Part shown: piece after piece, positions 1 through 7,511 of the stretch
How positions within the stretch are numbered: position 1 is the first letter of the stretch
Layout: every line of letters begins with the position of its first letter
Assembly: GCA_964449015.1 (NCBI GenBank)
Contig: CAYVBH010000003.1
Coordinates: forward strand, 1 to 44,708
Source of the DNA: an uncultured Bacteroidales bacterium
Lineage (GTDB): Bacteria > Bacteroidota > Bacteroidia > Bacteroidales > UBA10428
Direction of reading: 5' to 3'
DNA: 44,708 nt
Program-made: the position numbers and the translations under genes
Notes under the pieces: model-generated
What the model saw: the letters and a program-made list of their open reading frames with translations, nothing else
Databases searched by the model: none
Told to the model about the DNA's origin: nothing

Positions 1-204
1 CAGGATGCCGGGACTATTATCCTGACCGGCTTTCAGCCGGATATTGTTTTACAGTCAATAGATCTGGTTATATCTGACCTTAATGATCAAAGGATTTATC
101 AGGTACCGCCTGACTATGAAATCCCGGATACATCAATAAGAGTTCTAAAGCTAATTATAGGATTAACCAGCCTTTCGAACAGATGGCACGGAATACTCGT
201 CTGA
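1..204 (+). CDS. UDP-N-acetylglucosamine 2-epimerase family protein (WecB/FnlC/Cap5G type), C-terminal fragment; 5' part outside window
   Basis: Frame 1 is open from base 1 to TGA 202-204. The translation QDAGTIILTGFQPDIVLQSIDLVISDLNDQRIYQVPPDYEIPDTSIRVLKLIIGLTSLSNRW matches my recollection of the C-terminal end of non-hydrolysing 2-epimerases (...AGTLIMSG... and ...VPDY..NVS.KV.RII...NR..W). It is absent from the ORF track because it has no start codon in the window. Confidence 0.5.
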   Translation, partial: QDAGTIILTGFQPDIVLQSIDLVISDLNDQRIYQVPPDYEIPDTSIRVLKLIIGLTSLSNRWHGILV

Positions 205-437
205 TACGTTCGCGGCCTTTTTTGTGAGACATCCTTTGTCTTCGTTGCGGATCCCTGAAAAAAATGAAGACTAAGATATTTCTGCTGAGCCATCTTTGAA
301 TGAGAGAAGGGAACTTGAGTATATGGTTGCCCATACTCCATAAAGATCTGCCAAATAAGAGTTTATTAGATATCGATATGAACCTTCCTGAGAGATACTT
401 GTTTTTTTTTACCTTTACTTTGAAATGACTCATTGAC

Positions 438-1229
438 ATGAAGAAGAAGATTGTTATATCCCTGTTGACACTACTTTTCTTATTATCTGCATTAAGTTCA
501 TGTGTATCAAAAAAGCATTTAAGCTACTTGCAATATTCTGATGAATCGCGAGGAGAAGAGAGCACAATAAGAAGTGTCAGAGCATATGTGTCACCCCCCG
601 ACTATAGAGTTTTACCTTACGACAATCTGTATATTAGAGTAATTACACCTGATCCACAATGGTCCAATCTGTTCAATGCAGATTTGGGAATGGGAGGACT
701 GTCCCAAGAAAGTGCGTCTTTAGTTGGTTATACTGTGGATGCAGATGGTTTTATTGAAATCCCATATGTGGGAAGAATTGAAGTTGCGGGAATGAAGCTT
801 CCGGAGATAAAAGCTCGATTGGATTCGATTTTTACTGACTATGTTACAGATGCAGCAATAACAGTAAGGCTCGTCAATAATTTCATTAGCATTATCGGGG
901 AGGTTAATAGCCCAGGAAGGTATCCTTTGTCCAAAGACCAGATAACAATTTTTGAAGCAATATCATTGGCTGGCGACCTCAGTTACTATGGGAACCGGCA
1001 GAAAGCGCAAATAATCAGGCCTTCACCATATGGACCAATAATAAAAGAGGTTACTCTTCTAGATCGCAGTATTCTGACTTCAGAGTATTATTATGTTTTA
1101 CCCAACGATATTATATACATCATGCCTAGAAGAGGCCGAACTTTTCAGATTAACTCGTCTACCTGGAGTTTATTCTTGACTACATTAACCTCTACTCTTG
1201 GGATAATAGCATTCTTCCGTACCCTTTAG
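438..1229 (+). CDS. wza: Outer-membrane polysaccharide export protein (Wza/Poly_export + SLBB type lipoprotein)
   Basis: 263 aa. Signal peptide ends in a lipobox-like LSALSSC. PDYRVLPYDNLYIRV resembles the Poly_export (PES) motif region. An SLBB-like segment follows (GEVNSPGRYPL...TIFEAISLAGDL), then a C-terminal hydrophobic helix. It sits directly upstream of the BY-kinase gene, as in Wza-Wzc pairs. Confidence 0.8.
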   Translation: MKKKIVISLLTLLFLLSALSSCVSKKHLSYLQYSDESRGEESTIRSVRAYVSPPDYRVLPYDNLYIRVITPDPQWSNLFNADLGMGGLSQESASLVGYTVDADGFIEIPYVGRIEVAGMKLPEIKARLDSIFTDYVTDAAITVRLVNNFISIIGEVNSPGRYPLSKDQITIFEAISLAGDLSYYGNRQKAQIIRPSPYGPIIKEVTLLDRSILTSEYYYVLPNDIIYIMPRRGRTFQINSSTWSLFLTTLTSTLGIIAFFRTL

Positions 1230-1332
1230 TCATTCATGTGGATGACACTGCCTGCTCTGCATGGACAAGCCAATTTAAGTGCATGGGAGTTGTTAACAGA
1301 AGTTCGTTGAAAACCACTCTGAAATATTAAGC

Positions 1333-3717
1333 ATGAATAAAACTGAAAATTTAAACTCTAAGATTCAAGGCAAAAAGAGCAGTAATTCCATTGGGATAGA
1401 TCCAATAACAGTTTTCAATCTCCTGAAACGGAATTGGTACTGGTTCGTTATTGGGATCTTGGCAGGTATCATTTGTGCTCGTTTCTATTCAAACCATACT
1501 CTGCCAGTATATCAAACATCGGCCTCCATTCTAATAAATGAAACAGAGAGTAGACCATTAGTTGACAATACTGCACTTCTGCAGGGGCTGGGACTTCCCG
1601 GTGGAATGGAGAACTTGGAGAACCAAATGATGATATTGAGATCCAGAGAACTCATTGAAACCACCCTGCATGAACTGCCATTTGAGATGGAGTTTTATTT
1701 TAAGACCTTCCGTAATAAGTTGCCAATTTACCCTGACATCCCAATTTGGGTAAGGTATAATAATGAAAATCCTCTGCCCAAGAACATTGAGTTTTCACTC
1801 GACTTTACCGGAGACAATGGATACATATTAGAGTCGCAGGATGATAACTACCCTCTTAATGTAGGGGCTAATTTTGGGGATTCTATTAATATCAATGGCA
1901 GTTCGTTAACAATTGGCTGTTTTGATTTAGATTGGTTTCGGAAGAATTCTAATAGGAGGCTGTATTTCATAAATCACAGTTGGAACCGTTTGGTTAATCA
2001 TTTTTCTAGAAGAATGACGATTGAAAGAATATCAAGAGGCGGGACAATTCTCAAGATAAGCTTAATCGGTACAAATCCTGTTAAAGATGCAGATTTCATA
2101 AACAAGCAATTGGAAGGCTTTCAGAACATTTCCTTGGATAAAAAGAATATTGAAGCTGAAAGGAGAATTCAGTTTATTGACGATCAGCTTATTGGGATAT
2201 CAGATTCATTAATAACAACTGAGAACAGACTTCAGCAGTTTCGGTCTGCACATCAGGTGACGGATCTTTCAGCTCAAGGGCAAGCACTCATTGCCCAGGT
2301 TACGGCACTTGAAAATGAAAGAGCGCGGCTCAATCTTGAGGCCAATTACTACGATTATCTTGCAGAATACCTAACAAAAAACACATCTAATGAGATGCCA
2401 ATTGTTCCTATTACTATGGGAATATCTGATCCTGGTTTGTCCAGGTTAGTTGAAGAATTAGCTGAACTTCAGGGCCAGTTGTCTTTGAGAGGTGCGGGAG
2501 AAATGAATCCATTACAGAGAAATTTGGAACATAGAATTAAAACAACAAAGGAAGCTCTCAGTGAGACTCTTAATGGTTTAAAGAGAGCAAACAGCCTTGC
2601 GAGGGTTGAAAACCAACAGCAGCTAAATAGGATCAATTCAAGGGCCTCTGCCTTACCCGCAACAGAAAGGCAATTATTGGGAATTGAAAGGCGGTTTAAA
2701 CTCAATGATGAATTATATACTTTCCTGCTCGAAACAAGAGCCGAGCAGCAGATGCAGAAAGCTTCCAATAGGGCTGACAGTGAAATTGTTGAAAAAGCGG
2801 ATGCCCGATATAGCAGCAGGATTGCGCCTGATAGCACTAAAATACAGTATATGGGAATCATAGCAGGTGTAGGATTACCTTTTATAATCATATTTTTGTT
2901 ATTCCTCCTCAACAAAAGGATCAATATAGAGGAAATACACAGGATATGCGATTTGCCAGTTGTGGGCGAGATTCCACACAACAAAGAAGGTTCTAATACA
3001 GTTGTCTTTTCAAACCCTGATTCTCCAATCGCTGAAGCATTCCGGTTAATAAGGTCAAAGATGCAGTTTCTAACAAAAGAAGCAGGAGCTCCGGTAATAC
3101 TAGTAACTTCCTCAATGCCCGGAGAAGGTAAAACCCATAGTGCAATTAATCTTGCTTCTGTTTATAGCTTATTAGGCAAAAGGACAATATTACTGGGATT
3201 TGATTTAAGAAAACCAAAACTTTTCCAAGATTTTAACTTATCAAACGAGAAGGGCATTTCTACTTGGCTTATTGGAAAGGATAAGCTGCAGGATGTCATT
3301 CAAGAAACAGGTTTTAGTAATCTATTTATTATTTCATCTGGTCCGGTTCCACCAAATCCTTCTGAACTTACTGCCCTTGAAAAGACCGGGGAACTGATAA
3401 GAACATTGAGGGAGAGATATGAATATATTATTATCGACTCTTCACCAATAGGTGTGGTTTCTGACACTTTGTATCTAGCATCCCTGGCAGATGCCTGTAT
3501 GCTCATTGTCAAGCCTGGGTATACAATAAGAGATATGTTCGAAATAGGTCTGAATGAGTTAATTATGGGGAATACGAAAGGGCTATGCCTTGCAATCAAC
3601 GATGTTCTATCCAGCAAGGAGCGATATGGATATGGTAGTAAATATGGTTATACAAATAATAAGGCGAAGAGAACAACACGTCGATTTTTAAAATTAAATC
3701 ATGACGTTACACAATAA
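1333..3717 (+). CDS. wzc: Polysaccharide co-polymerase / tyrosine autokinase (Wzc-like PCP-2a BY-kinase)
   Basis: 794 aa. N-terminal Wzz-type region with a TM helix (WYWFVIGILAGIICARF), a long coiled-coil periplasmic part and a second TM (IIAGVGLPFIIIFLLFLL). The P-loop kinase domain has Walker A SSMPGEGKTHSAINLA and Walker A' YIIIDSSP. A C-terminal tyrosine cluster reads ERYGYGSKYGY. Confidence 0.9.
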   Translation: MNKTENLNSKIQGKKSSNSIGIDPITVFNLLKRNWYWFVIGILAGIICARFYSNHTLPVYQTSASILINETESRPLVDNTALLQGLGLPGGMENLENQMMILRSRELIETTLHELPFEMEFYFKTFRNKLPIYPDIPIWVRYNNENPLPKNIEFSLDFTGDNGYILESQDDNYPLNVGANFGDSININGSSLTIGCFDLDWFRKNSNRRLYFINHSWNRLVNHFSRRMTIERISRGGTILKISLIGTNPVKDADFINKQLEGFQNISLDKKNIEAERRIQFIDDQLIGISDSLITTENRLQQFRSAHQVTDLSAQGQALIAQVTALENERARLNLEANYYDYLAEYLTKNTSNEMPIVPITMGISDPGLSRLVEELAELQGQLSLRGAGEMNPLQRNLEHRIKTTKEALSETLNGLKRANSLARVENQQQLNRINSRASALPATERQLLGIERRFKLNDELYTFLLETRAEQQMQKASNRADSEIVEKADARYSSRIAPDSTKIQYMGIIAGVGLPFIIIFLLFLLNKRINIEEIHRICDLPVVGEIPHNKEGSNTVVFSNPDSPIAEAFRLIRSKMQFLTKEAGAPVILVTSSMPGEGKTHSAINLASVYSLLGKRTILLGFDLRKPKLFQDFNLSNEKGISTWLIGKDKLQDVIQETGFSNLFIISSGPVPPNPSELTALEKTGELIRTLRERYEYIIIDSSPIGVVSDTLYLASLADACMLIVKPGYTIRDMFEIGLNELIMGNTKGLCLAINDVLSSKERYGYGSKYGYTNNKAKRTTRRFLKLNHDVTQ

Positions 3718-3737
3718 TACATATTAGAGTATCAAAT

Positions 3738-4160
3738 ATGTCAACTCAATTAAATGTGTTTACTAAGCCTGGATTAATAAATCTGCCACGCTTTCTTGAT
3801 TATCGTGGCAATCTGTCCGTTCTTGAGGAGGAAACCCATTTGCCATTTAAGATACGTCGAGTCTACTGGATTTATGATGTGCCTGGAGGAGAGCATCGGG
3901 GTGGTCATGCTTTTCGTAAGACTCAAGAGATAATAATTGCTTTGTCGGGGAGTTTTGACGTTGTCCTCCATGATGGCCAAAGTGAGATACGGTTTTCTCT
4001 TAACAGATCCTATTATGGTGTTTATGTTCCTGAAATGATGTGGAGAATGCTGGATAACTTCTCAACAAACTCCCTGGCATTGATAATTGCGTCCACAGAC
4101 TATTCTGAATCAGATTATATCAGTGATATTGAAGAATTCAAATTTCTGAGGACAAAATGA
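3738..4160 (+). CDS. WxcM/FdtA-like cupin (dTDP-4-keto-6-deoxyhexose 3,4-ketoisomerase family), divergent copy (H-A-F instead of H-A-H)
   Basis: 140 aa. It aligns over its full length with FdtA as recalled (...PF.IRRVY.I.D......RG.HAHKK...G......DDG...DYI). Motif here: LPFKIRRVYWIYDVPGGEHRGGHAFRK. About 45 % identical to the next ORF by hand alignment. Confidence 0.8.
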   Translation: MSTQLNVFTKPGLINLPRFLDYRGNLSVLEEETHLPFKIRRVYWIYDVPGGEHRGGHAFRKTQEIIIALSGSFDVVLHDGQSEIRFSLNRSYYGVYVPEMMWRMLDNFSTNSLALIIASTDYSESDYISDIEEFKFLRTK

Positions 4161-4582
4161 ATCAGCCACTTTCAGATATTCATGGATGTTATGTTGTAGA
4201 TCTTAACAGAATCCAGAGTCCTCAGGGAAATCTTACTGTTATTCAAAACGGAGATACTCTGCCTTTTGATGTCAGGAGGGTATATTACCTCTACGATATC
4301 CCTGGTGGTACAGAAAGAGGTGGCCATGCTCACAAAAAGCTTTTTCAACTGATTATCGCTGCAAGCGGATCATTTGACGTCATTCTAGATGATGGTAGAA
4401 CCAAGAAGATTATTCAGTTGAACAGACCTTATTTTGCCCTTATGGTTGTTCAGGGAATCTGGAGGGAAATAGTCAACTTCTCATCAGGAGCAATTTGCCT
4501 TGTGCTTGCATCAGACAAATACAGCAATGAAGACTATATCCGTGATTATAACGAGTATATACAATGGAGATCATCGAAGTAG
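4157..4582 (+). CDS. fdtA: dTDP-4-keto-6-deoxyhexose 3,4-ketoisomerase (FdtA/QdtA family), canonical copy
   Basis: 141 aa. LPFDVRRVYYLYDIPGGTERGGHAHKK retains the H-A-H pair. SGSFDVILDDG and the C-terminal SNEDYIRDY match FdtA. ATGA overlap with the upstream paralogue at 4157-4160. Confidence 0.8.
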   Translation: MNQPLSDIHGCYVVDLNRIQSPQGNLTVIQNGDTLPFDVRRVYYLYDIPGGTERGGHAHKKLFQLIIAASGSFDVILDDGRTKKIIQLNRPYFALMVVQGIWREIVNFSSGAICLVLASDKYSNEDYIRDYNEYIQWRSSK

Positions 4583-5505
4583 GTGCTTGCCAGTATGATG
4601 AGGTAGTTAAAACGCCATACCACATTTTTGGCACTGCTGTTTTCAATCAACTTAACGCAAATAAGGTTGATGAGGTTTATTATCTTCTTTTTAAAGAAGG
4701 GAAATATAGACTTGGTATAATTGGTGGCAAAAAGGACGACTCTTTTCAATCACCTTTCTCAGCGCCTTATGGGGGATTTGTACCTGTTTCGGTTGATATT
4801 CGAATTCAATATATCCAAGAAGCCCTGAGATTACTTATAAATTGGTCTGTATGCAAGGGGCTTAATGCCCTTAAACTAACACTGCCGCCTGCTTTCTATG
4901 ATAATGGTTTTATTGCCAAGCAGATTAATTGTTTTTGGAGAGGAGGCTTTGAATTTTCAGGAATTGAACTTAATTATTCCTGTGATATGTTAAAGTTTGG
5001 CCAATCCTATACAGAAGAAATTTGGCGTAATGCCAAAAAGAATCTCAGAATCTCAATCGAGGCTGGATTAAAGCTTAAGCACTGCTTGTCTATTGACGAA
5101 AAGGAACTAGCTTATGATATTATTGCGAGAAACCGACAATATCGGGGCCGGCCTTTGCATATGACCCTCACTGAAGTGTTTAATACCATTGATTTGATTT
5201 CAGCTGATTTTTTTACTGTGAATTCCTCTTATGATACTCCAATTGCTGCTGCTTTAGTGTTCCATGTTACAAAGGATATAGTTCAGGTAATTTATTGGGG
5301 AGACCTCCCGGGATATTCTGAACTTAAGCCCATGAATTATCTGTCATATAAACTATTCGAATTTTATAAATTAAATGGGAAATCATATATTGATCTTGGG
5401 CATTCTACAGAAAATTCCATACCAAATTATGGACTTTGCGAATTCAAAGAGAGTATTGGCTGCGAAGCAAATCCAAGATATTCTTTCATTAGATATTTGA
5501 AGTAA
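4564..5505 (+). CDS. FemAB/CelD-like GNAT-fold acyl- or aminoacyl-transferase (Acetyltransf_6-like)
   Basis: 313 aa. The C-terminal half (IAAALVFHVTKDIVQVIYWGDLPGYSELKPMNYLSYKLFEFYKLNGKSYIDLGHST...GLCEFKESIGCE) resembles the FemAB/BioF2-like GNAT pattern (..y.g.......l......a...G...fDfG.......K..fG). It overlaps the upstream gene by 19 nt, and its stop overlaps the next start (TAATG). Confidence 0.5.
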   Translation: MEIIEVGACQYDEVVKTPYHIFGTAVFNQLNANKVDEVYYLLFKEGKYRLGIIGGKKDDSFQSPFSAPYGGFVPVSVDIRIQYIQEALRLLINWSVCKGLNALKLTLPPAFYDNGFIAKQINCFWRGGFEFSGIELNYSCDMLKFGQSYTEEIWRNAKKNLRISIEAGLKLKHCLSIDEKELAYDIIARNRQYRGRPLHMTLTEVFNTIDLISADFFTVNSSYDTPIAAALVFHVTKDIVQVIYWGDLPGYSELKPMNYLSYKLFEFYKLNGKSYIDLGHSTENSIPNYGLCEFKESIGCEANPRYSFIRYLK

Positions 5506-6443
5506 TGTTTGTGCTTAATCCCGACAGGTATCTTGTCCCGATATTCAGAATTAGCCCATTCAGGACATCGGACGTTGTCATTAACCACAATCTTCCCGAT
5601 AATGATTCAATTGATGATTATTTCAATAACAGGTTTCAGGGGAGACCTTTTTTTTACACCTTCAATGGACGCGAAGCCCTGAATATTGCTCTTTCTCAAT
5701 ACAATCTTGAACCAAATGATATTGTTACAATATACACAACAACCGGGAACTTCTATATTAGTCGTTGTGTTACAAATGAAATCGAAAAGTTCTGCAAATG
5801 GTCAAGAGAGTTAAGCGCACATACCAGATTAATTCTTGTTAACCATGAATTTGGTGTTCCGTATGAAGGACTTACCGATTTGAAGAAAAAAGGGCTTCCA
5901 ATAATTGAAGATTGTGCACATAGTTTCTTCTCAACTGATGAAGAGAATAATACTGGACAAATTGGAGATTTTGTGATTTTCAGTTTGCCCAAAATGTTCA
6001 CTCTACAGATTGGCGGCCTGTTATTATGCAACATGCCAATAAGTAAAGAAATAGAGAGTCAATTAGAGCACCCACATTTAAGATATATTAAGAACATTCT
6101 TTCTCATTCAATACAAAATAAGGACGAGATAATCACCAAAAGAAAAGAGAATCATTACTGGTTAAGCGACAAGTTCAGATCTTTGGGATTGCCTGAGCTT
6201 TTCAGCCTCAAGGATGGCATTGTCCCAGGTGTTTTCATGTTTAAAGCTTTAGGGCGAAATATTAACCTCAGCGAGCTAAAAAAGTATTTCTATGCTCATG
6301 GAGTTCAATGTAGTATTTTTTATGGAGAAGAAGTGTTTTTCATTCCAGTCCATCAGGCATTGAGTAAGGATGATCTTCTATACTTTTATGAGGTCATGAA
6401 GTCTTTTATTAAGCCTAAATTAACCTTTATTAGGGGCATTTAA
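5505..6443 (+). CDS. Short DegT/DnrJ/EryC1-like PLP-dependent sugar aminotransferase-fold protein
   Basis: 312 aa. Fold-type-I landmarks in DegT order: GREALNIAL, EPNDIV, LILVNHEFGVP, LPIIEDCAHSF, then GDFVIFSLPKMF..QIGG with a candidate PLP lysine (SLPK). About 50-60 aa shorter than typical DegT enzymes. Confidence 0.55.
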   Translation: MFVLNPDRYLVPIFRISPFRTSDVVINHNLPDNDSIDDYFNNRFQGRPFFYTFNGREALNIALSQYNLEPNDIVTIYTTTGNFYISRCVTNEIEKFCKWSRELSAHTRLILVNHEFGVPYEGLTDLKKKGLPIIEDCAHSFFSTDEENNTGQIGDFVIFSLPKMFTLQIGGLLLCNMPISKEIESQLEHPHLRYIKNILSHSIQNKDEIITKRKENHYWLSDKFRSLGLPELFSLKDGIVPGVFMFKALGRNINLSELKKYFYAHGVQCSIFYGEEVFFIPVHQALSKDDLLYFYEVMKSFIKPKLTFIRGI

Positions 6444-6628
6444 GTGGTTCTGTCTATTAGCGATTGAGGGTTGCTGTCTCAGAATGAGTGCCTTTCTTTT
6501 ATTTCAAGCCGGAGCTATTACTAGGTGGTGAAGACAAAATGTCCAATCACAATCACTCTTGATGATATCTGCTGGTGTATGCTCCCGAGTTTGATATTAC
6601 CTGATAGTTTAAAAGACAATTTTCTCAA

Positions 6629-7465
6629 GTGATAAAATTGATTAGACAAAGGTGCGTCAGAATTCTGGAAAATATTCTTGATAAATATAAGGAAGCACCA
6701 GACATTTCAAGCAACTATATTGAAGCACTTATTCAAAACAGAGGCTATTTTTTTGCCGACATTAATGAATGTGTCGATCCATATGGCTTTTCATATGGGA
6801 ATGGTTGGCAGTATTTTACTGCGATGGTAAGACAGATTGGGACAAGAACAGAAGAGCAGATTATTGAGAGCTTTACCAAATATTTAAACATTACTTTTCA
6901 TAAAAATGCATATGACGGATTTCGCCTAAAATTTGAAAAATCTGAAGGCCTTAAGGATTTCACCCCGTCTTGTTTGGCATTCCTCGTACCCTGGTCTCCA
7001 TTTGATTTGTCGCAAATTGAAGACCGTGTGAGAAATGTGAACGCTTCGGAGAAATTAATACCTACTGGACTGCATGAGGATCATAGTCCATTATTAAATC
7101 CTGATCATGTAGCAGTAAATCATTTTTCCCGACTTAGTGAGTTGCGAAAATCTATACAAAAAAATGGCTATCATTATAACAATCAACCAGACGATCCTAT
7201 AAAAGGTTATGTGTTGACCCGTAATGGGGATACCAGATACTTGATTTTTTCTGGGCAACACAGGGTAGCTACTCTGGCTGCACTTAATTTCACCATCTTG
7301 CCAATTAGGTTTGTTTATAAATATGTTATAAGTGCAGAAGATGTTGCTGAATGGCCCCTCGTCAAAAGCGGATTGTGGTATAGCAAGGATGCATTGCTTT
7401 ATTTCAATCATCTTTTTGATTTTGATTCACATACCTGGGCAGAAATGAATAATCTAATCATTTAA
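6629..7465 (+). CDS. Hypothetical protein with a C-terminal ParB/Srx-fold-like motif
   Basis: 278 aa with a GTG start (no in-frame ATG for about 65 codons). The segment SRLSELRKSIQKNGY..(11)..DPIKGYVLTRNGDTRYLIFSGQHRVATLAALNFTILPIRF follows the ParB N-terminal domain pattern (l.eL..SI...G...Pi.v......y.i..G.HR..Aa..lg...ip). The start codon is uncertain. Confidence 0.55.
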   Translation: MIKLIRQRCVRILENILDKYKEAPDISSNYIEALIQNRGYFFADINECVDPYGFSYGNGWQYFTAMVRQIGTRTEEQIIESFTKYLNITFHKNAYDGFRLKFEKSEGLKDFTPSCLAFLVPWSPFDLSQIEDRVRNVNASEKLIPTGLHEDHSPLLNPDHVAVNHFSRLSELRKSIQKNGYHYNNQPDDPIKGYVLTRNGDTRYLIFSGQHRVATLAALNFTILPIRFVYKYVISAEDVAEWPLVKSGLWYSKDALLYFNHLFDFDSHTWAEMNNLII

Positions 7466-7511
7466 TTAATAAGCACCTCACTAATATCAATTATTTATTT
7501 GAGTTGGATTC

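Noticed and set aside
176-224. GC-rich CGCGGCC followed by TTTTTTG just after the epimerase stop. I considered it as a rho-independent terminator.
   Set aside because: I could not find a complementary upstream arm that would form a stable stem. Only a 5-bp CGAAC/GTTCG pairing with a 28-nt loop is available.
402-423. T9 homopolymer followed by near-consensus -7 boxes (TACCTTTA, TACTTTG) just upstream of wza. I considered it as a slipped-strand phase-variable promoter.
   Set aside because: Neither box is an exact TAnnTTTG. T-runs of 7-9 nt are common in this AT-rich sequence, and without population data there is no evidence of length variation.
114-439. Two overlapping minus-strand ORFs (75 and 94 aa) in the epimerase 3' end and the wza upstream region.
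   Set aside because: They overlap the clearly coding plus-strand epimerase tail and each other, and have no motifs. The region is better explained as an epimerase C-terminus plus an intergenic promoter region.
2469-2984. 171-aa minus-strand ORF inside the wzc-like gene (also 3300-3617).
   Set aside because: It is fully embedded antisense to a gene with unambiguous Wzz/BY-kinase motifs. The translation is low-complexity, Leu/Ser/Ile-rich and has no recognisable motif. This is typical of antisense frames in AT-rich DNA.
5648-5655. 8-nt homopolymers inside coding regions (T8 at 5648-5655 in the DegT-like gene, T8 at 24143-24150 in the capA-like gene, A8 at 26364-26371 in the asnB-like gene). 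I considered them as phase-variation tracts.
   Set aside because: All are in frame and encode ordinary Phe/Lys runs. Their length is at the background level for about 36-38 % GC DNA. The sequence shows no sign of frameshifted variants.
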